Positions 37,599-48,477 of a DNA stretch of 64,000 nucleotides are shown piece by piece. The stretch is from positions 928,001 to 992,000 of the forward strand of contig CAXXQS010000001.1 of the NCBI GenBank assembly GCA_963674735.2, given 5' to 3'. The stretch comes from Myxococcota bacterium (GTDB lineage Bacteria; Myxococcota_A; SURF-8). Every line of letters begins with the position of its first letter. Position 1 is the first letter of the stretch. Below the pieces are notes generated by a model. That model saw nothing but the letters and a program-made list of their open reading frames with translations, searched no databases and was not told the DNA's origin. Both the position numbers and the translations under genes were made by a program.

Positions 37599-40361
37599 TT
37601 AAAAAGCCGCCTTTTCGAAGGTAAATTCGAAGGCTGCCGGTAAACGTTCAGGTAGCGCTTGATCGGTTTCGATTCCATAGATGCCTTTGATCAGGTTTGC
37701 CGATCCTTCCTGATCGATCCCTCCCACTGTCATCACAATATCAATTAACTCCTGAGCGACGATTTCTCCGTCGATGGTGCCCAGAGAAATGGCCGATACC
37801 TGTTCGTCCGACAAAGCGAGGTCCAGGTGGTAAGTCGGTTCGAAGAGCGATAAGTCTCCGATTTCATTGCCAGATGCATCGTGAACCGTAATTGAGAAAA
37901 GCAGGCTGGTTGCATCCCAGTTCGTTCCGTCAAGCGTGCCGCTGATAGTCTGTTCCGATTCCGGGTCGGGGGTGAGATTCTGGTTGTAATCCTGAGCGAC
38001 AATCAGGTCCATGGTTCCTGATTGAACCGAGACATTCCGAATGCCGAAGAGCATTTGCGGCATGAAACCCGATATGACGCTACCGGCCAGGATGTCGTCC
38101 GGTTGTGTGACGCGCGTATGGTCCTTATCGGTGATAAAAAGGGCGTCAGGGACATTCTCCCAATCTTCGACCAGGGTATCGAATACCTGACCGATCAGGC
38201 TTTCGAGTTGATCGTCACGGCGGGTCCAGAAATGGCCGGTACTGGTTTGCCAGATGTAACCGAATTGATAGGAGGTCAAGCTATCTTTTTCGCGACAGAG
38301 GTACTCGGCCGGATAACGGTAGCAGTTCTCCATGTCATTGAAATAGCTAAGCATTTCTTCGGTAATGGCTTTGGCTTTGGCTAACTCTGCTTCGGCTGAT
38401 TGCTGGGCCTGGGTTTTGATTGCGGCGTCCGGCTCTTCCTCGGCTGCGATGGCGCGTTTTTTCTCTTTATCCCAGTCGCGGGCGGCGATCACACCGGCGT
38501 AAATCGCCAATACATGTTCGATTCGATGAGCATAGACATCCAGGCCTACGCTCAGTTCGCTCAGACGGCAGTCCGCTTCGGATTCGGCGGAGACCGATGC
38601 TTCAAGTCCCTCGAAGGCGGCTTGGTACTCGGTGAGCATCGTTTCGAGATAGTCGTAATCAGTCGATTTCCACGTTGAGAATTCCGAGTCTTCGAGAGCG
38701 AGGATCTTTTTCAACGCAGGTTTGGGACGTCGTGCCAGGATTCCGGCCTGTTCGCCGATTTCGTCCTGCTGCAATTCTCCGGCGATGTAGAAATAAATCA
38801 GGGGATTTTCTTCGTAGAAATGTTTGACTTGCAGATCTCCCATCGCTTTCAACATCCCGATGAGCGACTCGCCGCGCTCGCCATAAAGCGGCTTGAGCCA
38901 GTCGAGATAACGTTCCCAGGTGATAGAGGCGTCGAAGGTGGATTGAGTGAGGAAATGGTCGTACATCCAGTAGGTCCACTCGCGTCCGGATGTGAAGGTG
39001 ACGTGCCCGGAAATGTCGTAGTTTGGCAGGATCTCCGTCATGTCATAATCGCGAGAATAGCCGTAGATCGGCAGTACGAGCGGGGCGTTATTATCGAAGC
39101 CCAGCCACCATGCGGTTTCAGGAAAGTAGACAAGTTCTCGTTTTCCATCGGCTTCTTCGATAAAATCGCGTTGCTGGTGGAAGGTTTCGCAGCTATAAAC
39201 CGGCGCGTCATGCTCCATGTCGTAAAACATCGTGGTGTGGACGAAAGCCCCCAGATTGGTGTCGGCTTGCAGCGGCAGGTGGTAGTAGTACCCGCCCGTT
39301 TCGGATTCGAGGTCGCAGGTGGTGTGAATCCAGGCGAACGCATCGATGTTCGGGTAACTTTCCGCTAAATAGCCGACTGCAATATCAAGCCACTCAAGCA
39401 TGTCGCTATCGGCGGGTTTGGTGAATTCGCTGGAGCCGATCTGGAGACCCAGAAAGTCGAAATCGGCACGGGCGAACTGATCGAGTGTTTCGCGGATCTG
39501 AACCTCGTCGGCTACGGTCTCGCCGCTATCGGGATCGACGTAGTCTTCGCGGATGATCTTGAAGCCGTTTTGCTGCTGGTCGACGAAGCTGACCACGCAA
39601 CCAACCTCAATGTCATATTTGTGGGCTTCTGCGATGACGCTGCTGATATAGGACCACCAGTTCTCCAGGTCAACGGTCTTCAGCATGTGGAAGCTCATCA
39701 TGTTTTGGCGATTGCGTGCCATCCAGCGGATGTAATTGGAGAGATACTCGCGCAGTTCGCCTTGTTCGCCTTTGAGATACCAGTCACTGGCGATAATCGG
39801 GTGTTGGGTGTGTTCGTGGAAGCCGCGCTTATCGAAACGGGGCGTGATGATCGCGTTGCCGTAATCCCAAGGTAAAGTGGCAGCGGAATCGGAGGGAAAG
39901 AAGCTTTCTTCCGGGTGATAATAGCGTGCGCCCAGATCGTGCGCTATTTGGTACAAACCATACATCGCCCCGGTTTGACCGGCGGCCGTGACGGTCAACC
40001 CCGCCTCCTTGTCCCCGTTCGCGAAGGGGGCGATGCTGAAACCTTGCGGGCCATACTCGGAAGAATCGATCCATTCGACCCGGATGAAGCGTCGGATAAT
40101 CGGGGTTCCAGAGTCACTGGGCGGTTCCAAGGCGGCCCCGGTGATTGCCTGCATGGCGGACCGGAGATCCTGCGCAGCATCCATGAGACCGTCTTCGGCA
40201 TCTTCCGGCAACTGGATCTCGATGGCCAGAATGCCGTTGACCGCTAAAAGCGGGGGCGTTTCGACCGGTCCATCGTCGACGTTGTCGGAGGAAGAGGAAC
40301 ACCCCCACAATGAGAGCAAAAATACGATTGCGAGGATGCTTTGGAAACAAATCTTCGGCAT
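37599..40361 (-). CDS. Large hypothetical lipoprotein, possibly glycoside-hydrolase-like
   Basis: LWGC lipobox. G..GF.I...G.MYGLY...PRF..RG resembles the N-terminal domain of GH20/67/115-type enzymes. Confidence 0.65.
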   Translation of the reverse strand: MPKICFQSILAIVFLLSLWGCSSSSDNVDDGPVETPPLLAVNGILAIEIQLPEDAEDGLMDAAQDLRSAMQAITGAALEPPSDSGTPIIRRFIRVEWIDSSEYGPQGFSIAPFANGDKEAGLTVTAAGQTGAMYGLYQIAHDLGARYYHPEESFFPSDSAATLPWDYGNAIITPRFDKRGFHEHTQHPIIASDWYLKGEQGELREYLSNYIRWMARNRQNMMSFHMLKTVDLENWWSYISSVIAEAHKYDIEVGCVVSFVDQQQNGFKIIREDYVDPDSGETVADEVQIRETLDQFARADFDFLGLQIGSSEFTKPADSDMLEWLDIAVGYLAESYPNIDAFAWIHTTCDLESETGGYYYHLPLQADTNLGAFVHTTMFYDMEHDAPVYSCETFHQQRDFIEEADGKRELVYFPETAWWLGFDNNAPLVLPIYGYSRDYDMTEILPNYDISGHVTFTSGREWTYWMYDHFLTQSTFDASITWERYLDWLKPLYGERGESLIGMLKAMGDLQVKHFYEENPLIYFYIAGELQQDEIGEQAGILARRPKPALKKILALEDSEFSTWKSTDYDYLETMLTEYQAAFEGLEASVSAESEADCRLSELSVGLDVYAHRIEHVLAIYAGVIAARDWDKEKKRAIAAEEEPDAAIKTQAQQSAEAELAKAKAITEEMLSYFNDMENCYRYPAEYLCREKDSLTSYQFGYIWQTSTGHFWTRRDDQLESLIGQVFDTLVEDWENVPDALFITDKDHTRVTQPDDILAGSVISGFMPQMLFGIRNVSVQSGTMDLIVAQDYNQNLTPDPESEQTISGTLDGTNWDATSLLFSITVHDASGNEIGDLSLFEPTYHLDLALSDEQVSAISLGTIDGEIVAQELIDIVMTVGGIDQEGSANLIKGIYGIETDQALPERLPAAFEFTFEKAAF

Positions 40362-40577
40362 ACTAATTCTCCGAATGACGGGTGGTTCAGGAAAGGTTCA
40401 ATCAATGGAAGCCTGGATCATTGTATCCGTATTGGGGATGACGTCAAACATGAATGGTTCGGAAACCGTTGGTTTGTAAAATTCCGGTTTGCCGATGAAT
40501 GCTTGACAGGGTTCCTTTTTGGGGGGATGAATTGAGAAAGGGTTGAATCGACTCCTTAATCTAATGGGAAGGTTGTG

Positions 40578-42665
40578 ATGTATCGTTGCGTTAGCCTGTG
40601 CTGGAAGCTGATTTTCGTCCTTGCTCTGATGGGTGGGATGGCTTGTTCCTCTTCGGAGGACGACGATTCCATCGGCGATGGTGATCAGGATCGTGATTTA
40701 TCGGTGGATGGCGATAGGGATTCCGAGGAAGACGGCACGGATGATCGACCAGAGGTCGAACCGGCGATCAACTTGGTAGGGGCGGAATTCGCTGAAAACG
40801 CTTTCCGACTTTACGAATATGCCGAACGGGCGTCCTGGCTGGCGCGTCCTTCCGTCTGGGTGGATGGCGTGAGGTTGGAGGCCGGGCAAGCGGGTGCGTG
40901 CGCACAGGAGGGCGGCTTGCCTTACTGGCGATTGGTTTGTCCGTTGGGAGAGGCGGGAACACTGACCTTCGAAGCGGAACGCATCTATGGAAGCAGCGTC
41001 AGTGAGCATATTTGCCCGGATTGTCAAGCGATCAAGGCGAACCGCTTCATGCTCAAAGCCACCTTCGAGGCTTCCAAGTCCGTGACGGTGAGTCGACTGG
41101 AATTTGGCGGTCCCCTTACGATGGCGGATGCGACTTCCTGGCTGTCGCATGGCTTTCAGTCTTGGTCGTCCAGCGGTATGCTGCAACTAGGGCCGAAGCC
41201 GAGCGATGAAGATCTGCAGATCGCGCTCGAAAAGCGCGGCAATGATGAAACCCGGCGACGAGGAACCGAATTGTCGTGGTTTTACACTCTGGTGGGTGGC
41301 GGCAAGATGTCCACGTTTTTGGGAGCTTTAACGGCATCCGTTTGGAAGCCTTGGTTGCAGGTTTACGAGGAGGAAGACGAACTTAAGCTGTTCGCGCATA
41401 GCGGTGCGACGGCCCAAGTGGCGCTGTCTGCCGGAGAATCGATCCAAAGTGAAATCTGGATGATCGCGATGTCTCAATACGAACAGGAATCGTTATCGCG
41501 ATACGGCGAAAGTCTGGATGCGCGTCGCTTGCAACGAGGCGCAGATGCCGCCGTTGCCGAAGCCGGCTGGAACAGTTGGTATGAACTTTGGGACGATGTG
41601 ACCGAGCAGGATGTGCGTGACAATGCCCCGTTGGCAAAAACCATTCTCGGTCCACATCTCCCGTCAAGCGTTCCCTTGCGTATTGCCATTGATGATGGTT
41701 GGCAGAAAGCCTGGGGTGATTGGACACCCAACGAGAAATTCCCCTCGGGTCTCAACGGTTTGGCGGACGACTTGATCGCCGACGGGTACAAAATGGGCGT
41801 TTGGATGGCGCCGCTTCTCGTCGATGAAGATCTCCCACTGGTTACGGAGCATCCCGATTGGTTTGTCGAAGGTGCGGTTTTCGGACATCCCGACCATGGA
41901 CCGATGCGCGTTCTTGACGTCACCCATCCCGATGCGGCAGCCCACCTCAAGTCGTTTATCAGTCGAGTTGTCGGCTGGGGTTACGATTTCCTCAAACTCG
42001 ACTTTTTGTTTGCCGGAACCTATGAAGGCGGACGGCATGAGACTGTTACCGGTATGCAGGCTTTTACACGGGCTTTGCAATTGCTACGTGAAGGCGCGGG
42101 GGATGACACCATTCTGCTTGGGGTCGGGGTGCCGCCGATTCCGACAATCCGTTACTTCGATGCCTGGCGGGTGGGAACGGATATTGCGTTTGAACTGACC
42201 ACCCCGGCTTGGGCCTTCTCAGTTGACCAGGCCCGCTCCATTGCTGCGCGTTGGCCGATTTGTCAGGCCATGCTATGCGATCCCGATCCCCCTATTTTAC
42301 GTGTGATGCCCCAGAATGAGGTTGAGGGTGGTGTGTGGGTGGTCGCGTTGGCGGGCGGGGCTTTATTTTTGTCGGATTATCTGCCGGATCTCGATCCGCA
42401 ACGATACGCATGGGGGCTCGATGAGTCGACGGTTGAAATGTCGTTAACGGGGACATCGGCTACTCCCGAGGACATCTTCCCGACCGAGCCGCCCGAGTAT
42501 CTCAGCACCTCGGTGGAGGACGGCATTCTTGGGTATAATACGCATGTGATTCCAACGTTTTGGACGCTTCAGGATGGTCGAGATCTTTATTTGAATCCGG
42601 GGGAAGAACCGCTAGACATCAACGGAACGACCGTTCCACCGCATTCGGTGGTCGTCAAACCCTAG
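40578..42665 (+). CDS. GH36 alpha-galactosidase lipoprotein
   Basis: GWNSWY, IDDGWQ, KFPSG, GVWMAP, FLKLDF and RVGTD motifs. Confidence 0.85.
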   Translation: MYRCVSLCWKLIFVLALMGGMACSSSEDDDSIGDGDQDRDLSVDGDRDSEEDGTDDRPEVEPAINLVGAEFAENAFRLYEYAERASWLARPSVWVDGVRLEAGQAGACAQEGGLPYWRLVCPLGEAGTLTFEAERIYGSSVSEHICPDCQAIKANRFMLKATFEASKSVTVSRLEFGGPLTMADATSWLSHGFQSWSSSGMLQLGPKPSDEDLQIALEKRGNDETRRRGTELSWFYTLVGGGKMSTFLGALTASVWKPWLQVYEEEDELKLFAHSGATAQVALSAGESIQSEIWMIAMSQYEQESLSRYGESLDARRLQRGADAAVAEAGWNSWYELWDDVTEQDVRDNAPLAKTILGPHLPSSVPLRIAIDDGWQKAWGDWTPNEKFPSGLNGLADDLIADGYKMGVWMAPLLVDEDLPLVTEHPDWFVEGAVFGHPDHGPMRVLDVTHPDAAAHLKSFISRVVGWGYDFLKLDFLFAGTYEGGRHETVTGMQAFTRALQLLREGAGDDTILLGVGVPPIPTIRYFDAWRVGTDIAFELTTPAWAFSVDQARSIAARWPICQAMLCDPDPPILRVMPQNEVEGGVWVVALAGGALFLSDYLPDLDPQRYAWGLDESTVEMSLTGTSATPEDIFPTEPPEYLSTSVEDGILGYNTHVIPTFWTLQDGRDLYLNPGEEPLDINGTTVPPHSVVVKP

Positions 42666-42734
42666 CGTGGTCGTGTTTCGTGCTCCAGCTATTTCAAGGG
42701 GACGTGTTGGCTCAGTACGAACGGTGTTTCTGTC

Positions 42735-43730
42735 TCAAACGCTACGGCGGCTCTTCGCCGTATGCAGATCCAGCAATGATTCTTCCTTGTCGGAAGCATA
42801 TTTGGCGGAAATTGCGTCTGGCACCGAGTCGGGGAAAAGTCGGCAGTAGATGGCGGGTCCGGCAAAGAAAATTCCGATAACGGCAAGGGCGAGACCGGCT
42901 AAGCCGTCGACGGCATAATGGAAATGTCCGTAAACTGTTGCGATACAGAGGCTAACCCACAGAGGCAGCGTATACCAAAATGCTTTGCGAAACAGTTGCC
43001 AGGTCAGAAAGAGAATAGCCAAGGTGCCTGCGACATGACCAGATGGCATGGCGGAGCCGGGAACATCCGCCCCGGAGAGGAAATTGGCGGCCGCTGCTGA
43101 AATGGGCCCGGCCACGATGTGATGAGCAATTTCAGGGTCGTTGTAAAGAGGACCTTCCACGGGAAGTACGGATTGAATCAGGAAGCATGTAAACATAACC
43201 AGACAGCAGACGAACGCGCTGTAGTTGAATTCTTTCTTTTTCTTTGCGAAGTAGAAATACAACACCAGCCAAGGGGTGAGGTAGTAGCTTAAGTAAGAGA
43301 AGTTCATAAACTCCGATAGCCAGTAGTTGTTACCCAATATGTGAACCAGTTCTTTTCCGGGATTGAAGCCGAATAGAAAGAGGTCCGCTTTAAGCATGAA
43401 AGGATCGAAGGGTTCGGAGAAAAACATGTGGGACACCGGTTGTGTCCAATTGAAGAAAGCGCCAAGCAACAAGGCCGGGTAAAGATAACGGACAAACCGC
43501 AGCAGCGGGTTCTGAATGAGAATATGTGAGCTGCGATCGATCAGCGGAACGGCAATCAGGCTGAAAGCCAGAACCAACAGGTAATTCCCGGCATACTGAA
43601 GCGTTGTTGCGGTTCCCAGTACTTCGAAGCGCGAAAGGATCAACAAGGCCGATATCGCACAGAACAGGACCGTAATTTTATCGACCGGCAACAGCGTTTT
43701 CCAGAAACTACCTAGTTTTGCAGACATCAT
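42735..43730 (-). CDS. PAP2-family membrane phosphatase/phosphotransferase
   Basis: Multiple TM helices; AMPSGH and HYAVDGLAG motifs. Confidence 0.85.
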   Translation of the reverse strand: MMSAKLGSFWKTLLPVDKITVLFCAISALLILSRFEVLGTATTLQYAGNYLLVLAFSLIAVPLIDRSSHILIQNPLLRFVRYLYPALLLGAFFNWTQPVSHMFFSEPFDPFMLKADLFLFGFNPGKELVHILGNNYWLSEFMNFSYLSYYLTPWLVLYFYFAKKKKEFNYSAFVCCLVMFTCFLIQSVLPVEGPLYNDPEIAHHIVAGPISAAAANFLSGADVPGSAMPSGHVAGTLAILFLTWQLFRKAFWYTLPLWVSLCIATVYGHFHYAVDGLAGLALAVIGIFFAGPAIYCRLFPDSVPDAISAKYASDKEESLLDLHTAKSRRSV

Positions 43731-46283
43731 TCACATCTCTTTGATTGTTTCAGTATGGACTACCGGAGCTTTCACTCGTTCCCGATTTCCGCTTTCAGTG
43801 TATTTCAGCAGAAAGGGCATCAGAAGGATAACGGCCAGCCAGCTTGCCGCGATTCCGATCGTGCCGAATTGGCCAATTGTCTGTAATCCCTTGTGATCCA
43901 CAAATAACAAGCCCATAAAGCCTGCCATGGTCGTGATACTGCTGGCGGAGACCGTTAGACCCGTACTCGCAATGATTCCGGATATGGGAAGTGAACCGCT
44001 TTGTCTATGGCTTAAGTATAGGTGGATTGCGCCATCGATACCAACTCCCAAAATCACCGGAATGACGATGATGTTGTAAAGGCTCAGGCGAATATCCAGC
44101 AATCCCATAATCCCGGCGGTCCATAGCCCGCCCAGTGCCAATACGGCAAACAAAACGATTGTGGGTTTGATCTTTCTCAAGAACAAAAGAAGAATAACGA
44201 CCAGAACAATCGAGACGATGACCAGAAGCCTTAGACCGTCCGACTTGACCATCCGCATGACGTCGGAAAGAATAAAGCGGCTGCTGGCAATGGGCAACCA
44301 CAAACCGCCGAATGTCAGATGTCCGTAACGGTCCTGAAACTCTTGGCCGGAGTATACGTTCCATTCATCGATGTCGGCGTATATGAGTCCGATGTTCCCG
44401 ATTTCTCCGTTGGCTTCGGTTACCATCCGGCGCGCCCATTTCGGCAATTGACTGTGATCGAAGGGCTCGGCTTGGGTCATACCCGCCAGTTCATCGATCA
44501 GCCGTCCCTTGTCTCCATCGATATCCTGAAGCGCTTTTTTCTCAAGAAGCGTTCCGATGCTTTTGATTACTTTGCGACGCTTGACTTGGTCGGCCATCGT
44601 TGGAACAAAGGTGTGGTAGGTGATAAAGCTCTTTATTGTCTCATCTTTCTCCACAACCAGTTTGTTTAGGAGGTAATCGTGAACCTCTTTCATGGTCGCA
44701 CGATCTTTGGCCAGCACGATAGCCGGTGCGGTGCCCGAATCCGTTCCAATGGCGCGCATGTAATCGATGGGAGTCTCGGTGCCGGGAGCCATGATGTTGC
44801 GGATGTCGTATTCGAATTGCGTGTCAGGCGTGTAGGCCGCCAGCCCGGCTATGATGGCTAGGGTGAAGAAAAAGGCATAGGTGGCCGCTCGGTCGAAGTC
44901 CATGCCGAAGTTCAGTCGACCGGCAAAGCCTCCGAATATCGATGTTTTGGGGAGTGTCCGGATTGGACGGATAAGCTGGATGAAGAAAATCAGGGGCGGA
45001 ATCATCAGGATGGATATCGCGGCGCACAACACCAATCCGATCGAGGCCACGACTCCGAACTCGCGAAAACCTTCGAAATGTCCCGTCAGGAGAACCAGCA
45101 ATGCTGCGATGGTCGTCGCGGCGGCGGCAAACAGAACTTGTCCGGTTTCGTACAGACTGGTGTTTAAGGCTTCGGCCAGGGCCTGACCTTTTTGAATTTC
45201 GAGTTGTGCTCGGCGAAAGAGATGAATCCCATAATCGATACCGATACCAACCAGCAAGGCCAGGATAAAAATCGTCAGAACCGTCAAGCGACCATAGGTC
45301 AGTGAAACGATCCCCATCGTGATGCAGGCGGCAGCGATAAGGGGGATAAAGATCACCAAAACGGTACGGAAAGAGCGGAAAAACGCGATGACAATGAGTA
45401 AGACAAGACAAACACTGATCAAGGTCGCCGTTTGCCCATCGCTGGCCAACGCCTTGATTTCGTTGAATTTCCGATAAGCCCCCACGACCTCGGCCCGCAT
45501 GCTGGCGGAGAGACCAGATGGGTCGATGTCTCGAATCAATGCTTCTCCGCGTAAAAGCGCGAATTTGCAGTAATCGACATCGGTCGAGGCCCGATTCAGT
45601 TTGACCAGAATCACGCCGACGTCACCTTCGGGCGCAATCAGGCGGTCGGAATAGACGTCTGGGAGCGTCGGTGTTTTTTTCGTCGTTGAGTCGGAATCAC
45701 AGTTATTGAAAAAAGCGTTGAAGCTGCGGCAAACCTGCGAAGGCAAGCCCATCCTCCAAGGAATGTCTTCGCTGTACCAGTCATCGAGGCCTTCGTCGTA
45801 TTCGCCGTCGAGCAAATCGACCAACCCGGGCATCTTTTTTGCCGACGCCGACGATATCTCTTCTTCAAGCAGAAAATGTAGATTTACGAGTTCTTTTTTC
45901 TCAAGGTAATAGAGGGCATGTTTGCGGAAAAACTCGGTGTTTCTACCTATTTGTACCCAATCCGCGTCTTCCCATTCGGCTTCGATACGCGATTTGAGGA
46001 TGTCCTGCATCTTAGCGATGGCAGCGACATCTCCCGATTTAGACTCGATGGCGATGGTAAAGAAATCAATTGCACCGATGCGGTCTTCGCTGATTTCCAA
46101 CGCGCGCACGGAGTCGGTTCCTTCGGGGAGTAGCGCAGCTAGGTCAGTTTCAATGCTGAGCTTTTGAGTGGCCAGAACCAATCCGATCACGGCGATGATA
46201 AGATAAACGACCAGCAGCATCGCGGGACGTTTTTCTGCTAAACTGATGTACGACTGTACGAATCGCTTGTAGTAATGAGTCAT
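43731..46283 (-). CDS. MMPL/RND-family transporter
   Basis: Two TM clusters with GIGIDYGIH and GVGIDGAIH motifs, and large periplasmic loops. Confidence 0.88.
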   Translation of the reverse strand: MTHYYKRFVQSYISLAEKRPAMLLVVYLIIAVIGLVLATQKLSIETDLAALLPEGTDSVRALEISEDRIGAIDFFTIAIESKSGDVAAIAKMQDILKSRIEAEWEDADWVQIGRNTEFFRKHALYYLEKKELVNLHFLLEEEISSASAKKMPGLVDLLDGEYDEGLDDWYSEDIPWRMGLPSQVCRSFNAFFNNCDSDSTTKKTPTLPDVYSDRLIAPEGDVGVILVKLNRASTDVDYCKFALLRGEALIRDIDPSGLSASMRAEVVGAYRKFNEIKALASDGQTATLISVCLVLLIVIAFFRSFRTVLVIFIPLIAAACITMGIVSLTYGRLTVLTIFILALLVGIGIDYGIHLFRRAQLEIQKGQALAEALNTSLYETGQVLFAAAATTIAALLVLLTGHFEGFREFGVVASIGLVLCAAISILMIPPLIFFIQLIRPIRTLPKTSIFGGFAGRLNFGMDFDRAATYAFFFTLAIIAGLAAYTPDTQFEYDIRNIMAPGTETPIDYMRAIGTDSGTAPAIVLAKDRATMKEVHDYLLNKLVVEKDETIKSFITYHTFVPTMADQVKRRKVIKSIGTLLEKKALQDIDGDKGRLIDELAGMTQAEPFDHSQLPKWARRMVTEANGEIGNIGLIYADIDEWNVYSGQEFQDRYGHLTFGGLWLPIASSRFILSDVMRMVKSDGLRLLVIVSIVLVVILLLFLRKIKPTIVLFAVLALGGLWTAGIMGLLDIRLSLYNIIVIPVILGVGIDGAIHLYLSHRQSGSLPISGIIASTGLTVSASSITTMAGFMGLLFVDHKGLQTIGQFGTIGIAASWLAVILLMPFLLKYTESGNRERVKAPVVHTETIKEM

Positions 46284-46631
46284 TGTCTACTTCAGGCTAT
46301 CCGGCAAACACCACTCGCGAGCAGTCTCCGATGGTAGGTGCTTGACTTGAATCATGATTTAATTTTTCGAAACGTATCGACATCATCGGGAATAAGGGAG
46401 GTCAGACCCGAAGGTGTGAGCATCATACAGGCAATCCAGGAAAAGTCAAACACTAGTAATGGAAGGTTAAAGACCTTACACTTCAAGCTTTGAAGACCGA
46501 CTCGCCCGAAATGGGGGAGGAGGATACGGAAAAGCGGGCATGAGAACCCGCAGATCGTCATTTGTTATCGCCGATTCCGTGTGTTCGAAAATAGAGGATG
46601 CATCTCCAAATAGAAAAGGAGTGCGGATTTC

Positions 46632-48200
46632 CTATTTCGACGGCACGCAAACGTCGGCGGGGCTGCCGGAACAACAGAGTGGCTCGGAACGTTGGCAGAC
46701 CGAGTTACCCATCGGTTCGCCGTTTAAGCGAGCTTGCGCCCAGGCCAGTTGTTCCGGTAGCGACCAGACCGCGCCCTCGCTATGACCGGCGTCGGCGCAT
46801 TCCAAATAGTCGAGTTGATAGCCGATCGCGCAAAGTTCGTCGAATTCATCCCGTTGTGGAGCCGTGATCACCAAGTCGTCGAGCTCCGATAAGACCACCA
46901 GGGTAGGAGTGTAGCGCAAAACCGGGACGCTGCTGAGGCGAAGTTTGCTTTCCTTGAGGTAGCAATCGAAAGGATCGATCGCATCCCAGTCGCCTGCGCC
47001 GACGGCATCGACGAATTCCGATGCATAAAGATCGGAAATCTGGTCGCCTTCGATATCCTCGCCTACCTTGCATTCTTCTCCATCGATGAAAATGATTTCC
47101 TCGGCATTGTCTGCAAAGAAATAAGGCTCCGAATTACTGAACACGCTTTCCAGATTCGTTGGAGCCCCGTACCAGGCGCGCATGGTTGTTAGGACCGCAG
47201 CCAACGAAACCGTGGGAGGCGAAAAGGACGCAAGTCCGTATTCCACCAAGGCGAGGGTGTCGATAGGCGGCACAGCCGCCACGACACCTCGAACGGAAAA
47301 TTCCGGAGCATAATAAGGGGCATACAACTCGGCAAAGACCGCCGCATGTCCACCCTGGGATCCACCCCATATGATGGTGTCGAGTGATGGCTCAACGCCG
47401 TCTTCCAACTCATCGATCAGGAAAGTACGAGCCGCTCGCAACGCATCCCAAGATCCGAGGGCGACCTGTTCGCCGATGAGGTAACCATGCGTGGTGGTGG
47501 ATGCTGCGCCGAAACCGTTCATCCCGATATAATCGGGTAATACGGTCACGAAGCCCAGCGAACCCAGAAGCGCCGCTTGTGCCTGAGCATCGCCGTGTCG
47601 GCTGGGGGCGCAAGGATCGGAAAAGCCCGAAGTGCCATGCAGGAAGACGGCCTGCGGTTTCGGACCGTCGGGCAAATCGGCGTTGGCTGGAATGGCCAAA
47701 ACAGCAGTGGCTTCGACGGCTTGCCCGCGATCCTGAGTCGTGTAGCGGAAGCGGAAGACGCGACAGCCATAGGGGACGGGAGAGAGTGCGTCGTAGCCCG
47801 CCTGAGACAAAATGCCGTCCACCGCACCCGGGGTCAGGTTGAAGAAGGGATCCTCTTCCCAATCGATCAAACTGCCCAACTGATCGGAGGGTAACAAGGT
47901 ATATTCCGGCATATCGCATAGGGCTACCGGCGGAACCGGAACCGGGACTTCTTCGCCATCGTCATCCGTATCGCCATCGGAACCATCACCGTCTGAGCTG
48001 TCGCCGTCGGGATCGTCGCCGTCAGGATCGTCGCCGTCGGGATCATCGCCATCGGGATCGTCGCCATCAGCGTCGCCGTCCGATTCCACCGTATCCGACT
48101 GGTCTGTGTCGCCGTCGGGATTGCTTGAATCGTCGCCGCAGCCTTGCAGCCATAAGGTGGAAAGAAACAGGATAAAGAATGAATACAAAATCTTGCGCAT
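46632..48200 (-). CDS. Secretory-lipase-type alpha/beta hydrolase lipoprotein
   Basis: LQGC lipobox; HGTSG..D.CAPS, PDYIG, GGSQGG nucleophile elbow, DDLV and AGH. Confidence 0.8.
   Translation of the reverse strand: MRKILYSFFILFLSTLWLQGCGDDSSNPDGDTDQSDTVESDGDADGDDPDGDDPDGDDPDGDDPDGDSSDGDGSDGDTDDDGEEVPVPVPPVALCDMPEYTLLPSDQLGSLIDWEEDPFFNLTPGAVDGILSQAGYDALSPVPYGCRVFRFRYTTQDRGQAVEATAVLAIPANADLPDGPKPQAVFLHGTSGFSDPCAPSRHGDAQAQAALLGSLGFVTVLPDYIGMNGFGAASTTTHGYLIGEQVALGSWDALRAARTFLIDELEDGVEPSLDTIIWGGSQGGHAAVFAELYAPYYAPEFSVRGVVAAVPPIDTLALVEYGLASFSPPTVSLAAVLTTMRAWYGAPTNLESVFSNSEPYFFADNAEEIIFIDGEECKVGEDIEGDQISDLYASEFVDAVGAGDWDAIDPFDCYLKESKLRLSSVPVLRYTPTLVVLSELDDLVITAPQRDEFDELCAIGYQLDYLECADAGHSEGAVWSLPEQLAWAQARLNGEPMGNSVCQRSEPLCCSGSPADVCVPSK
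48000..48078 (-). repeat. 15-nt coding repeat (DGDDP)n in a lipoprotein linker
   Basis: GGATCGTCGCCGTC-like units. Similar arrays occur near 24405-24475, 30140-30200 and 48610-48660. Confidence 0.8.
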
Positions 48201-48477
48201 AATCCACTCCTCGATTTATCGGTCACGGTTTCCTGGAATGCTTGTGTCAAGTATCCAGATTTCAATCGAAGTGCGATCATACGGTATTCTGTCCCAGTCG
48301 CCAAATATAAAACTAATACTGAATCAGACTATTCTCCAGAACCCTGAAAAGGAAAATCGGTAGATGTATTGAAAGTCGTTGAAATGATCGGAGAAAATGT
48401 GCTAGAAAAACAGCGCATTGGATGGATTCAGAAGTAAAACAGGACGCCGCGCAGCGGACCTGTCACAGGAGGTGCTC

